A stretch of 50,129 nucleotides of DNA. Source: Spirochaetota bacterium (GTDB taxonomy: Bacteria; Spirochaetota; UBA4802; UBA5550). Positions 20,495 to 30,454 of the stretch are shown in pieces; the first letter of the stretch is position 1; each line of letters starts with the position of its first letter. The notes under the pieces were generated by a model. It was given only the letters and a program-made list of their open reading frames with translations. It did no database searches and was not told the origin of the DNA. Location of the stretch: the NCBI GenBank assembly GCA_009787025.1, contig WRGT01000069.1, positions 1-50,129 on the forward strand, in the 5' to 3' direction. The position numbers and the translations under genes are program-made.

Positions 20495-20575
20495 TAATGA
20501 TTAACCACTAACCACTAACCTCTAACCTCTAATCATTAACCACTAATCATTAACCATTAACCACTAACCACTAAC
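20495..20575. repeat. heptamer tandem repeat (TAACCAC and variants), about 11 units
   Basis: TAATGAT TAACCAC TAACCAC TAACCTC TAACCTC TAATCAT TAACCAC TAATCAT TAACCAT TAACCAC TAACCAC TAAC. Confidence 0.9.
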
Positions 20576-21322
20576 ATCCCCCTTCATAATCTCATAAAGA
20601 ACTATCCCTGCAGCAACAGAAGCATTGAGTGAACTCACATGACCCTTTAATGGAATAGAAACAATATAATCGCAATGCTCACCTGTAAGTCTGCGCATCC
20701 CCTTACCTTCACTGCCGATAATAATACATGCCGGATGAAGATTATTATGGAGATTATTATGATCCTTGATTGAAACAGTTCCCTTATCGCTTGTTCCGAT
20801 TATCCAGAATCCCATCTTTTTAATATCTTCCAGAAACTGCGCAACATTTACTACTGTAATAATCTCAATATGTGCTGTAGCCCCTGCCGAAGTTTTGACT
20901 ACCGTCTCATTTACATCTGCGGAATTATCTTTTGACAGTATAACTGCCTTGCAGCCAAAAGCCTCCGCAGTACGGATTATTGAACCGAGATTGTGAGGGT
21001 CTGTAATCTGATCTAAAAGAACAACAACTCCCTTCTCTTCTGCAATTTTTTTTAATAAATCCGTTCTGTCATAAACCTGTTTCTTTATCGGAACATATAA
21101 TATAACACCCTGATGCTTAGATGAAGAGCTAATATCTTTAAAAAATAATTTATCTTCAATGACAACCTTTACTTTTTTTCTTTTGCATATATTTTGAATA
21201 TCTGCAATTATCTTTCCATGTGCAGTTGATGAAAGATGAAGTTCAACGCCGGTACAATCTTCTATGCTGCTAAGGTATTCTAATACGGGATTTCTGCCGA
21301 TTATTATTTCTTTCTTTTCCAT
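20564..21322 (-). CDS. rlmB: 23S rRNA (guanosine-2251-2'-O)-methyltransferase
   Basis: LDQITDPHNLGSIIRTA, IIGSEGKG, SLNASVAAG; directly downstream of cysS. Confidence 0.93.
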   Translation of the reverse strand: MEKKEIIIGRNPVLEYLSSIEDCTGVELHLSSTAHGKIIADIQNICKRKKVKVVIEDKLFFKDISSSSKHQGVILYVPIKKQVYDRTDLLKKIAEEKGVVVLLDQITDPHNLGSIIRTAEAFGCKAVILSKDNSADVNETVVKTSAGATAHIEIITVVNVAQFLEDIKKMGFWIIGTSDKGTVSIKDHNNLHNNLHPACIIIGSEGKGMRRLTGEHCDYIVSIPLKGHVSSLNASVAAGIVLYEIMKGDVSG

Positions 21323-21338
21323 TTATTATTTCTTTTTA

Positions 21339-22763
21339 TTATTTCTTTCTTTTCCATCTGGTGCCGTCTTTGGTATCTTCAAGGATTATACCTTCATTTT
21401 TCAGCAGCTCCCTAATCTCATCTGCGCGTGAAAAATCCTTGTTCTTCTTTGCCCGAATCCTTTCATCTACTAACTTATCTATTCTATCTTTATCCGGATC
21501 TTCAACTTCATTCTCAAAAAAAATAAATCCAAATACCTGATCAAGAATTTTAAGCGCTGCTAAAATATTCTCCGCATCTTTTTTTGAAATCTTATCATCG
21601 GTTATCATTAAATTTATTTTATGAATAAAATCAAAGAATACACCCAAACCGCCTGAGATATTTAAGTCATTATCAACTGTTTCAATAAATTCATGAATCA
21701 GTTTATCAGTAAACGATTTTACTTCAAGATTTTCACCATCTCCTTTCCTGTCAATTAATCTCACTATAAAATTATCTATCCTTTCAAGCGCCTGATCAGC
21801 CTGTTTTATACCTTCAAACGTAAAGTTGAGCTGTTTTTTATAGTGCGCAGACATTAAAAGATACCTTATTGATCGCGGAGAAAAACCCTTAGCAAGAAGA
21901 TCCCTTAGAGTATAAAAGTTCCCCAAAGATTTTGACATCTTTGCGCCGTCAACTAAAAGATGTTCGGAATGTATCCAGCAGCGCACAAACTTTTCTTTAT
22001 AGGCAGCCTCGCTCTGAGCTATTTCATTTTCATGATGAGGGAAGATAAGATCCACACCGCCAATATGTATATCTATGGTGGTCCCAAAAATTTTTCTTAT
22101 CATTGCAGAGCATTCAATATGCCATCCGGGTCTTCCCTGACCGTATGGAGTCTCCCAAAACGGTTCGCCCTCCTTTTGAGCTTTCCACAGGGCAAAATCC
22201 CGCACGTCCTCTTTTTCATATTCGTCCGCATCAAAACTTATGCCGGACTTTATCTCTCTCTTATCAAGAAGGGACAGCTTCCCATACTCTGAAAATTTGG
22301 AAATATTAAAGTATAAAGAACCGTCCTTTTCATAAAGCATTCCTGCTTCATCAATCTTTTCTAATATATCTATTATATCTTTTATAGATTCGGTCGCCTT
22401 AGGATTATGTTCAACAGGTTCAATATTCAGCGTTCTTAGGTCTTCAAAAAATATATCCGTATATTTTTGAGTATATTCTTCAAGGGTAACATGATTTGCG
22501 GCAGCACCCTTTATAGTTTTATCATCAACATCAGTTATATTCATTGCATGATTTACCTTAAAGCCGCGAAATTTTAAATAACGCCTGATAAAATCACTAA
22601 ATACAAATGTTCTGAAATTTCCTATATGGGCATAGCCATATACTGTGGGACCGCAGGTATATATTGTTACAACCGGATAATCTTCTATGTTGTCCTTTTT
22701 CACTCCTCCGGGTATTAGTTCTTCAATTCTCCTGTTTAGAGTATTATATATTTTTAAAGACAT
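21339..22763 (-). CDS. cysS: cysteine--tRNA ligase
   Basis: CGPTVY, HIGN, GRPGWHIECSAM, FPHHENE, KMSKS; start set at MSLKIYN because of a GGAGG RBS. Confidence 0.98.
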   Translation of the reverse strand: MSLKIYNTLNRRIEELIPGGVKKDNIEDYPVVTIYTCGPTVYGYAHIGNFRTFVFSDFIRRYLKFRGFKVNHAMNITDVDDKTIKGAAANHVTLEEYTQKYTDIFFEDLRTLNIEPVEHNPKATESIKDIIDILEKIDEAGMLYEKDGSLYFNISKFSEYGKLSLLDKREIKSGISFDADEYEKEDVRDFALWKAQKEGEPFWETPYGQGRPGWHIECSAMIRKIFGTTIDIHIGGVDLIFPHHENEIAQSEAAYKEKFVRCWIHSEHLLVDGAKMSKSLGNFYTLRDLLAKGFSPRSIRYLLMSAHYKKQLNFTFEGIKQADQALERIDNFIVRLIDRKGDGENLEVKSFTDKLIHEFIETVDNDLNISGGLGVFFDFIHKINLMITDDKISKKDAENILAALKILDQVFGFIFFENEVEDPDKDRIDKLVDERIRAKKNKDFSRADEIRELLKNEGIILEDTKDGTRWKRKK

Positions 22764-22876
22764 TCTATCCTCCATAATAATAATAGTTAAATTAAATCAT
22801 TTATGAAAATCGGCAGAGCATTTACGAAGAATTACTTATATGGCGGGCATGTAAACTTTTTTTAGGAGATTAACTT

Positions 22877-23368
22877 TTAGCTATCTTCTTGCATTACTAT
22901 CTCTTCAACCTCTTCATATTCGGAAACCATAGCAGGCGCAGTTTCGCTTCGAGATATTACCAGAGAAGATATATCCAACTTTTCCGCCTCTTCGGGATCA
23001 GAATTCATAAGAGCTATAAATTGATGTAACTGTTTAATATATTCAATCAGTTCTACTAATTTACTGTTTTTCCGGTTTATTATTACAGTTGTCTCTGCCA
23101 CATATTTCTGCAAAAGTTTAGTCTGTTTTTGAAGTTTCTTTTGGAGCTCAATGGCTGTATCATAAAACTCCTTATCGACTTTCTGAAAATCGATTCGCGC
23201 AAATATTACTTCATCCTTCTCTCTCTCTTTTTCGACAGTGGAGAGAATATCATTCAGTTCTTTTATAGAAAAAAGATCATCAGTTGATGTCTGGACCCAT
23301 TTCTTCCCATCTTCATCTACAAATTCTTTGAGATCGGGGATTATTGTTCTTTTTTCACTATTTTTCAT
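22877..23368 (-). CDS. hypothetical coiled-coil protein
   Basis: 163-aa ORF, K/E-rich heptads, acidic tail. Confidence 0.65.
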   Translation of the reverse strand: MKNSEKRTIIPDLKEFVDEDGKKWVQTSTDDLFSIKELNDILSTVEKEREKDEVIFARIDFQKVDKEFYDTAIELQKKLQKQTKLLQKYVAETTVIINRKNSKLVELIEYIKQLHQFIALMNSDPEEAEKLDISSLVISRSETAPAMVSEYEEVEEIVMQEDS

Positions 23369-23682
23369 CAGTATTAAACAATCTTTTAATTATAATTTAT
23401 TATCGGCTATAAATCACACAATTTTATAGATGAAAATCTCATAGGCAATAAAAAAATCAATTCAATTATTTTTTAAATATATTATCATTCTTAATATTTA
23501 ATATTTTCCGGTATATAATCATAAAAATTAAACGAACAAACTATTTTTAGACATATTTAATAAAATGTAAGAATTTTATAAATAATTCTTATAATTTCTA
23601 AAAAAAATTACTACTAATTTAAATAATATCATTAAAAGCTTATTAATATTTGACAAAATATAGATATATATCCTTATTGTTT

Positions 23683-23789
23683 ATGAAGCTTTATAGATTA
23701 TAGCTTTATAACTACCGATTTAGTAGTTTGAATTAACATTTTTGCTTCCTCTTTATCTCCTCTTAAAAAACAGAGGAGATTCTTTTTTT
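23683..23789 (+). ncRNA. candidate small RNA or attenuating leader
   Basis: TTGACA at 23650, two short hairpins, CU-rich stretch and an orphan terminator; no known family recognised. Confidence 0.35.
23755..23789 (+). terminator. intrinsic terminator with no upstream + strand CDS
   Basis: stem ATCTCCTCT/AGAGGAGAT followed by TCTTTTTTT. Confidence 0.7.
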
Positions 23790-23880
23790 AAACTAATACT
23801 GCCAGTTTTTTAAATGCCCAGCCATGAATTTTATTGACATGAATATTAATATCTAACTATTTATTATAATGCAGGCTTAA

Positions 23881-24801
23881 ATGGATAGAGACAGGAAATT
23901 ATCAGAAAATAGCGTAAAAGAACTTTCACAATATGGAAAGGTTGAATTTAACTCCCCGCTTTCACATCATACTACATTTAAAACCGGTGGAAATGCTGAT
24001 TGTTTAATAACTCCATATACTGAAGATTCAATTGCTAATATAATAACTATTATTAAAAATGAATATATGCCTATTCATATTATTGGCGGCGGTTCCAATC
24101 TCTTAATCAGCGATAAGGGACTTCAGGGGATCACAATTAAAATTTCATGTTCAAATAACAGTTTCAATATTTCGGATAAATATATCTATGCCGGTTCAGG
24201 ACTCAGCAAAGAACAATTCATAAGTTATGCTATAAATTCAGGTTTTGGCGGCATTGAATTTATAGCCGGCATACCCGGAACTATTGGCGGCGGTATATTT
24301 ATGAATGCCGGTACATATATGGGATCATTCTCCGACATCTTAAAAAAAATCCGTTTATTAAACGATAACGGTTCAATAAATGAAGTTGATATAAATGAAT
24401 TAACATCAGGTTATAGAACAATGACAATACCTGAAAATAATATAATTATCGGGGGATATTTTTCTCTCCCAGAATCAGATGATAAGGAAAAAATAAAAAA
24501 CAGAATAGATTCGATAATAAAGGAGAGATGGGAAAAACACCCAATGGATTATCCTTCAGCCGGATCGGTTTTTAAGAATCCGGAAACCTGTTCTTCATGG
24601 AAACTTATTGATGACAGCGGACTAAAGGGCTATAGAACAGGAGGAGCGCAGGTGTCTGAAAAGCATACTAACTTTATAATAAACAGCAGGGATGCTACAT
24701 CAAGCGACATATACAATCTTATAAAATATATACAGGAAAGAGTCTATAACAATACAGGAATCAAACTTGAGACTGAGATAAAAATGATGGGAGAATTTTA
24801 A
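23881..24801 (+). CDS. murB: UDP-N-acetylmuramate dehydrogenase
   Basis: HTTFKTGG, GGGSNLL, GIPGTIGG..MNAG, SAGSVFKNP, VSEKHTNF. Confidence 0.97.
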   Translation: MDRDRKLSENSVKELSQYGKVEFNSPLSHHTTFKTGGNADCLITPYTEDSIANIITIIKNEYMPIHIIGGGSNLLISDKGLQGITIKISCSNNSFNISDKYIYAGSGLSKEQFISYAINSGFGGIEFIAGIPGTIGGGIFMNAGTYMGSFSDILKKIRLLNDNGSINEVDINELTSGYRTMTIPENNIIIGGYFSLPESDDKEKIKNRIDSIIKERWEKHPMDYPSAGSVFKNPETCSSWKLIDDSGLKGYRTGGAQVSEKHTNFIINSRDATSSDIYNLIKYIQERVYNNTGIKLETEIKMMGEF

Positions 24802-24802
24802 C

Positions 24803-26437
24803 TTACCATCTTCTTGAAAACTTAATATTGAGATTAAACCCGCTATGCTTATCCGGATATAAAACGTCAAATCCATAATAAACTATTAATTGATACTGAT
24901 CATAAACAAGCAGCCTTGCCGTAGGACCATAGCCTATACCAAATTTTGTCCCTGAAATTATATAGCCTTCGGGTTTAAAAATAGTTGAATCAAAAAACGC
25001 GCCTATATAAAGCAAATCTCTGTAAATAGAAAATCTATATTCGCTTGAAATTGCAATTTTATTATTAGTATAATATTCACCTATAAATCCTAAAAAATAT
25101 TTATCACTAACCTCTTCACTCCTGTAAAATTCCGGCTTGCCAAACAGTTTAAATCCTTTTAAACTTAAAGAGAGTATGCTTAAATTATCAAATTCGGTTT
25201 CATAAATGCTGCTTAGTTCCAACTGTTTAAATTTACTGCCATAAAAATAATTAGTATAAGTTAATATAACATATCTGTCTATCTTATTACCTATATTTAT
25301 TTTTATCGGATCAAATTTTAAGCGGACCTCGGCAAAGTTAGAATAACAGGTTGTATCCTTAGCTTCCAAGTATCTGTCTTTTTGATAATCGATTATGGTA
25401 TTTTTAATTGATAACTCCTCAACGCCAAGACCTGCATATATATTGAAATTTTTTATCATAGCCCATTCCGGCGCAAGAACAGTTCTAACATATGAATAAT
25501 CAAATCTTGTAATACCCAGATCCCCTCTTGAAGTATGACTTCGATACAGTTTGCCGTTAACGAGCGGACCAAAGAAATCATTCTCTATATCTATTAAACC
25601 TATCTTATATTCATACTTAAACTCTGCAAAACTCATTTCATGGGGAACGAATTTAGAAAACGACGGGTCTTTTTTAATCAGCTCTTTAAAAACGAAATCA
25701 TAACCTATGGAAAAAACGCTTTTAAAATAGTCTTTCTCAAAAAATGTATGATCTCTATTAAAAAAAACTTGCGGTATTATTGTTGACGGAAACGCATAAT
25801 GAAATTTAACTTCAATCTTTGTATTTTTTATATACAGAAAATCTTTATCATCTTTATCTGCAACAAAAAAGTGAAGGTCATTAGGCGCTGCATATCTTGT
25901 CAAAAAATTGACATCAAAACGTCCTAACGCTTTTATACGTTTAAACTCTCTATCAAGTTGAAGAATATTAGATTCATAGTCAGGCGTCTTTAAAACATTT
26001 ACACTAATATCAAATTTCGGAAATTCTTTTTGCAATTTTTTTAAATTTTGATTTATTACTTCGCTATTATAAATTCTTTTAGGAATCTTTACTATTTGTT
26101 TAAACTTTAACAGATGATAATTATTAATATCATGAATAATGATTTTCCCTATTTTCCCCTCATCAACAAACAGTTCATATCTTTTATCGGATTTAACTAT
26201 AGTTGAGTAAACTTTAACCAGACTATATCCGTTTTCTTTATAAAAATTTTCTATCTCATATATAACTTGTGAAATAGATATCTCTTCATCGTCAAATCGT
26301 TTGAGGTTAAGATGAGAATAGATTTCATCTTCGGTGAATATCTTTAATCCTTTGATAGTCAATTTTTTTATAGTCTGCCCATGAATCTCAGTTAGTAATA
26401 ATATTAGTACGAGAATGGACAAAAAAAAATTTTTCAT
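24803..26437 (-). CDS. Omp85/TpsB-like protein (POTRA-like domains plus beta-barrel), divergent
   Basis: signal peptide; IKKLTIKGLKIF..IENFYKENGYS..VDEGKIGKIII POTRA pattern; C-terminal GIGYG..FNLNIKFSRRW strands. Confidence 0.7.
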   Translation of the reverse strand: MKNFFLSILVLILLLTEIHGQTIKKLTIKGLKIFTEDEIYSHLNLKRFDDEEISISQVIYEIENFYKENGYSLVKVYSTIVKSDKRYELFVDEGKIGKIIIHDINNYHLLKFKQIVKIPKRIYNSEVINQNLKKLQKEFPKFDISVNVLKTPDYESNILQLDREFKRIKALGRFDVNFLTRYAAPNDLHFFVADKDDKDFLYIKNTKIEVKFHYAFPSTIIPQVFFNRDHTFFEKDYFKSVFSIGYDFVFKELIKKDPSFSKFVPHEMSFAEFKYEYKIGLIDIENDFFGPLVNGKLYRSHTSRGDLGITRFDYSYVRTVLAPEWAMIKNFNIYAGLGVEELSIKNTIIDYQKDRYLEAKDTTCYSNFAEVRLKFDPIKINIGNKIDRYVILTYTNYFYGSKFKQLELSSIYETEFDNLSILSLSLKGFKLFGKPEFYRSEEVSDKYFLGFIGEYYTNNKIAISSEYRFSIYRDLLYIGAFFDSTIFKPEGYIISGTKFGIGYGPTARLLVYDQYQLIVYYGFDVLYPDKHSGFNLNIKFSRRW

Positions 26438-26438
26438 C

Positions 26439-28100
26439 CTATCTCACATAAATCTGATATGTATAGGTTACCTTTTTTGTCTCCTTCCCTTTTAAGACCA
26501 TTTTAATATTAAAAGACTCCGACTGATTAACATCGTTTCTTTTTATGCGTGAAGTAACAACATATTTTTCGGATACGGAATTAAGCTTGCCTATAACTGT
26601 TTTACTCAGCGAAAAATTCAAATCCTTGTTTTTGGAATTAATAATAACGACCTCTCCCTGTACCGTAGCAATTTTGTACTTGGAATCATCAATCTTTATA
26701 TAGTTATTGCTTATCTGTTTTACCTTCTCTTTATCCTCTACTCTTATATCCGATGACTGAGTGAGTTTGATTGAAGTAGTCAAGCCCGTACCTGCATACT
26801 TTAACAGATCCTGAGCAACAGGCTTGTCTGTTACGCCGTTTACAATCATTACAGGACCGGTTGTAAAGGGATTTTTAGTATCGTTTAAAATCTCAATGGA
26901 ATGATAAACATTGTTGTACTTAGCATCAAAGGAATAACTCTCATCTTCATCATCATCATATCTATCTCTATTCTTGTTCATGGTGGACAGACTGCATTCA
27001 TACATGTGTTTAATCTTAACCTTTGATTCAAATAGAGGGAAATGCGCTCTTGCTCCCTTGTCTAAATTTATATCTTTTATATTATATAGATAAAAATCCT
27101 CATTCTCTTCAGCCTCATTGTTTTGATTAAATGCCGGAGCTTCCATCGCATAATCTGCGCTCTCTCTATAGACCTTAGCGGAAACCATTTGATTGCTAAA
27201 TTTACTATCATAACCCGAACTTGAGGATAATCTTTGCGCCATTTGCGTCCATGTATTCAATGTAGCAGGTTGATTTGCATATTTAAAATTCGGAGTTCCG
27301 ACTACAAAATTAATCTCCGTATCTTTTATATCCTCAACATCATTGATTACCTCTGCCTGCAGCTTCAAGTTAGCCTCAGTATCCGACAGCAATGTAAGAA
27401 GATATGTCGGCGTCCATGAAATTCCATCCTGCAGGTACATCATATTTAAGCCTTGATTTCCGCCCTTTTCAAATTCTATTTTTATTACAGGTTTTTTTAC
27501 TTTAATTTTCGATTTTACCATATAATCAGGCTTTGTTGTAAATTCAATGGACTTAATCTCCATAGGAGAGAGGCTGATCCATTTATTATTCATTTTGAAT
27601 GAAAAGACCTGAGTTGCAGGATTATATATCACAAAACTACCTCCGCGAGGAGCAGCATAATACTCCGACAGCTCTGCCTCTTTCAATTGCAGATAGCTAT
27701 TAATTTCTTCAGGCAGATCAAAATCTTCAACAACTCCGCTGTATGTCTTTCCGTCATTGGTCGTTATCACTATCTCTTTATCTTTGTTGGCAAACAACAG
27801 ATCCGAAAAGCTGTTTGCCTTTCGCTCTACAGGTTCATCAATCTGCTGCTGTGAACTGACTACCTGCTTAATGTATGAATTTTTACCGGAAAACCAGAAT
27901 GTCCCCATAAGAGCATTTGGAATTTTATCCAGCATATATTCCCTATCTTTAGCCGGCACAGAGCCTTCTTTGATTACGAAGGATTTTCCATCTTTAAATA
28001 TTGAAATAGATTTTGTCTTTAATACCGACTGAGCATTTAATGATACTGCAACCGTCGCACAAATTATACCAAAAATTATAGAAAATTTTATCTGTTTCAT
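26439..28100 (-). CDS. exported DUF4139-like protein
   Basis: signal peptide; YLQDGISWTPTYLL, AEVIN..ED, FYLY, TYTYQI pattern. Confidence 0.7.
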   Translation of the reverse strand: MKQIKFSIIFGIICATVAVSLNAQSVLKTKSISIFKDGKSFVIKEGSVPAKDREYMLDKIPNALMGTFWFSGKNSYIKQVVSSQQQIDEPVERKANSFSDLLFANKDKEIVITTNDGKTYSGVVEDFDLPEEINSYLQLKEAELSEYYAAPRGGSFVIYNPATQVFSFKMNNKWISLSPMEIKSIEFTTKPDYMVKSKIKVKKPVIKIEFEKGGNQGLNMMYLQDGISWTPTYLLTLLSDTEANLKLQAEVINDVEDIKDTEINFVVGTPNFKYANQPATLNTWTQMAQRLSSSSGYDSKFSNQMVSAKVYRESADYAMEAPAFNQNNEAEENEDFYLYNIKDINLDKGARAHFPLFESKVKIKHMYECSLSTMNKNRDRYDDDEDESYSFDAKYNNVYHSIEILNDTKNPFTTGPVMIVNGVTDKPVAQDLLKYAGTGLTTSIKLTQSSDIRVEDKEKVKQISNNYIKIDDSKYKIATVQGEVVIINSKNKDLNFSLSKTVIGKLNSVSEKYVVTSRIKRNDVNQSESFNIKMVLKGKETKKVTYTYQIYVR

Positions 28101-28306
28101 ATATAGAACCTTTATCTGTTTTATTATTACAATCTAACTGTTTACTATCTTCAATAATAAACGATAATGCAAGTATTTTTTATACGCAAGTATAGAGGTT
28201 ATTCTTTAGACTTTATTTCTTTAAAATTTTCATTGTGGAGAGATACTAAGATAGATTTGACCCGTCCTAAAAAAGTTTACATATTAATGTATCACGGCGT
28301 AATTTT

Positions 28307-28390
28307 TGCCCGCAGGGCATTCATATCAATAAATAATAGCATAAACCAAATTCAATTTATCCCGCAGGGATGTAATCAGACCTGCGGGAT
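28307..28390. repeat. CCC-GCA-GGG mini-hairpins and 10-bp inverted repeat
   Basis: TGCCCGCAGGGCA (28307), ATCCCGCAGGGAT (28359), CCTGCGGGAT (28381). Confidence 0.55.
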
Positions 28391-28459
28391 TGTTTAATGT
28401 ACCGCACAATTTTTAAAAAAAATACATTTATATAAAAATATAAATCATAAAAAGCTGCT

Positions 28460-30070
28460 TTACAGTATAAAGTCCGTATTAAGAAAAGTTGACTTTCTGT
28501 CTTTAAGTATATCCGAAACTATCTGCTTGTTCAAATCGGTATCCTTTACTGCAACTAATGTTCGTATTGAGAAACCGCGCAGCGCGTCGGATACGGAAAG
28601 AGTTCCCTCTGCCGAATCCTTACGTCCGGTAAACGGTAAAACGTCAGGTCCGCGCTGGCACTTGCTGTTTAAGTTTACTCTGCATACCTGATTGACAAGC
28701 GTATCCAAAAGATTTGACAAAAATGTCGTATCACTGCCGAATATGCTCGCCTGCTGACCATAATTTGAGTCCTCAATATATGCCAAAGGCTCGCTTATAT
28801 CTTTGAAACTCAGAACCGGAATAACCGGACCAAACTGCTCCTCATGGTACGCCTTCATCGTTTGGTTTACCGGATACAGAACAGTCGGATAGAAAAACGA
28901 CTTATCGAAACGTCCGCCGCCGTCATTGATTATTTTAGCGCCTTTTGAAACAGCGTCCTGTACAAGGGAATTTAAGTAGTCGCTCTTGTTGTCCTCGGGC
29001 AGCGGAGTTATATTCACTCCCTCATCCCAGGGCATACCGCATTTCAACGCAGCAATCTTTTTATTGAACAAGTCAAGAAACTTATCCGCGACGGATTCGT
29101 GCACAAATATTATCTTTAGCGCAGTACACCTTTGACCATTGTAAGAAAGGGCGCCTTCCGTGCATTCGTTTACAGCAACGGTAAGGTCTGCGTCAGGAAG
29201 TATTATTGCCGGATTTTTAGCCTCAAGTCCGAGCAGGCTGCGAAGTCTGTGCGGTTTTGGGTGCAGCTTTTTTAATGTATCCGCAACATGGCTTGATCCT
29301 ATAAAGGCGAGAACGTCAATCTGTCCGGACTGCATAAGCGGGGTGATAACAGATTTGCCGTCCCCATAGACTGTATTTACAACGCCTTTTGGAAACGATT
29401 TTTGAAACGCCTCAAGTATCGGCTGGTGAAGCAGTACTCCAAGTTTCGGCGGCTTAAATATAACAGTGCATCCCATAATCAGCGCCGGAATGAGCGTAGT
29501 ATAAGTCTCGTTTAGCGGATAATTAAAAGGTCCCATGCAAAGAGTAACGCCAAGCGGAGCGCGGCGCACCTGCGCTATTACGCCTTGAGTAATAGTAAAC
29601 TTTGAACTATTTCTGTCTAATTCTTTCAAAGCCTCTATAGTGTCCAATATATAGTCAACCGTCCTGTCAACTTCGGTTTCTGAATCCTTTCTGGTTTTAC
29701 CGATCTCCAACATCAACAAGTTCACAATTGCAGAACGTCTTTTCTTGAGTTCGGATGCAAAATTACGCATACAATCGATACGCCCGGCAACGCTCATTTT
29801 AGGCCATTCGCCCTTGCCCTTGTCAAAGGCGTTGACTGCGGCATCAAGAGCCTCTAAAGATTCTTTTGCTCCCATAAACGGATAACTGCCTATGAGGTTA
29901 TTGTAAGAGTCTCCCGATTTAAAATAGACAGGCGAATAAACCTCCTGCACCTCGCCGTTCCACGATTTTAATTCGCCATTGACTAAATACTCCCTCTGAT
30001 GTAATGGTATGCACGACCTGAGGTCATCAGGGATTTCTGAAATTTGCGGAAAATTGACAAGCTCACTCAT
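28460..30070 (-). CDS. gapN: non-phosphorylating NADP-dependent glyceraldehyde-3-phosphate dehydrogenase (ALDH superfamily)
   Basis: [36 protein letters not shown]; start MSELVNF after GGAGG. Confidence 0.8.
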   Translation of the reverse strand: MSELVNFPQISEIPDDLRSCIPLHQREYLVNGELKSWNGEVQEVYSPVYFKSGDSYNNLIGSYPFMGAKESLEALDAAVNAFDKGKGEWPKMSVAGRIDCMRNFASELKKRRSAIVNLLMLEIGKTRKDSETEVDRTVDYILDTIEALKELDRNSSKFTITQGVIAQVRRAPLGVTLCMGPFNYPLNETYTTLIPALIMGCTVIFKPPKLGVLLHQPILEAFQKSFPKGVVNTVYGDGKSVITPLMQSGQIDVLAFIGSSHVADTLKKLHPKPHRLRSLLGLEAKNPAIILPDADLTVAVNECTEGALSYNGQRCTALKIIFVHESVADKFLDLFNKKIAALKCGMPWDEGVNITPLPEDNKSDYLNSLVQDAVSKGAKIINDGGGRFDKSFFYPTVLYPVNQTMKAYHEEQFGPVIPVLSFKDISEPLAYIEDSNYGQQASIFGSDTTFLSNLLDTLVNQVCRVNLNSKCQRGPDVLPFTGRKDSAEGTLSVSDALRGFSIRTLVAVKDTDLNKQIVSDILKDRKSTFLNTDFIL

Positions 30071-30365
30071 GATAATATCGCCTCCATTAAACATTATATA
30101 TAAAAAATTTATTATCTTTATTTTGATAATTCTTTAAAAGATAAATTTAACTATTGTATTTAGACTTTTTTAAGCAGATGAAACATTACAAGTCAAGGGG
30201 AATATTGATTTTTTGTAATTAATTGTAATTTTTTGTTACTAAGTGGAAAATTGTCTATAAAAAGTGCCAAAAAGTAACAATAATACTAAAAATGAAATAA
30301 TATTGAGATGATTAAATACCTAATCAAAACCTTATATTTTTATAATACAAAATAACGAAGCAACG

Positions 30366-30454
30366 GGAGATTGATAATCTCCCCTGCTCCATGACAAAAA
30401 TCATTTCACACCCAAATTATCCGTAACCGAAAAAATTATTATCGAACTGTAAAA
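30366..30454 (-). repeat. conserved 3' UTR with hairpin, copy 1
   Basis: near-identical to 32758-32846; GGGAGATT-GAT-AATCTCCC hairpin. Confidence 0.85.

Noticed and set aside
20495-20575. CRISPR array or telomeric repeat
   Set aside because: Units are 7 bp with no spacers, no cas genes are present, and the array is internal to the chromosome
20737-20762. HNNL duplication in RlmB (also an ISNN-type duplication near 41850-41880)
   Set aside because: Small in-frame slippage duplications with no evidence of function
23369-23880. Replication origin in the long AT-rich gap
   Set aside because: No TTATCCACA-type DnaA box cluster seen and no dnaA/dnaN context
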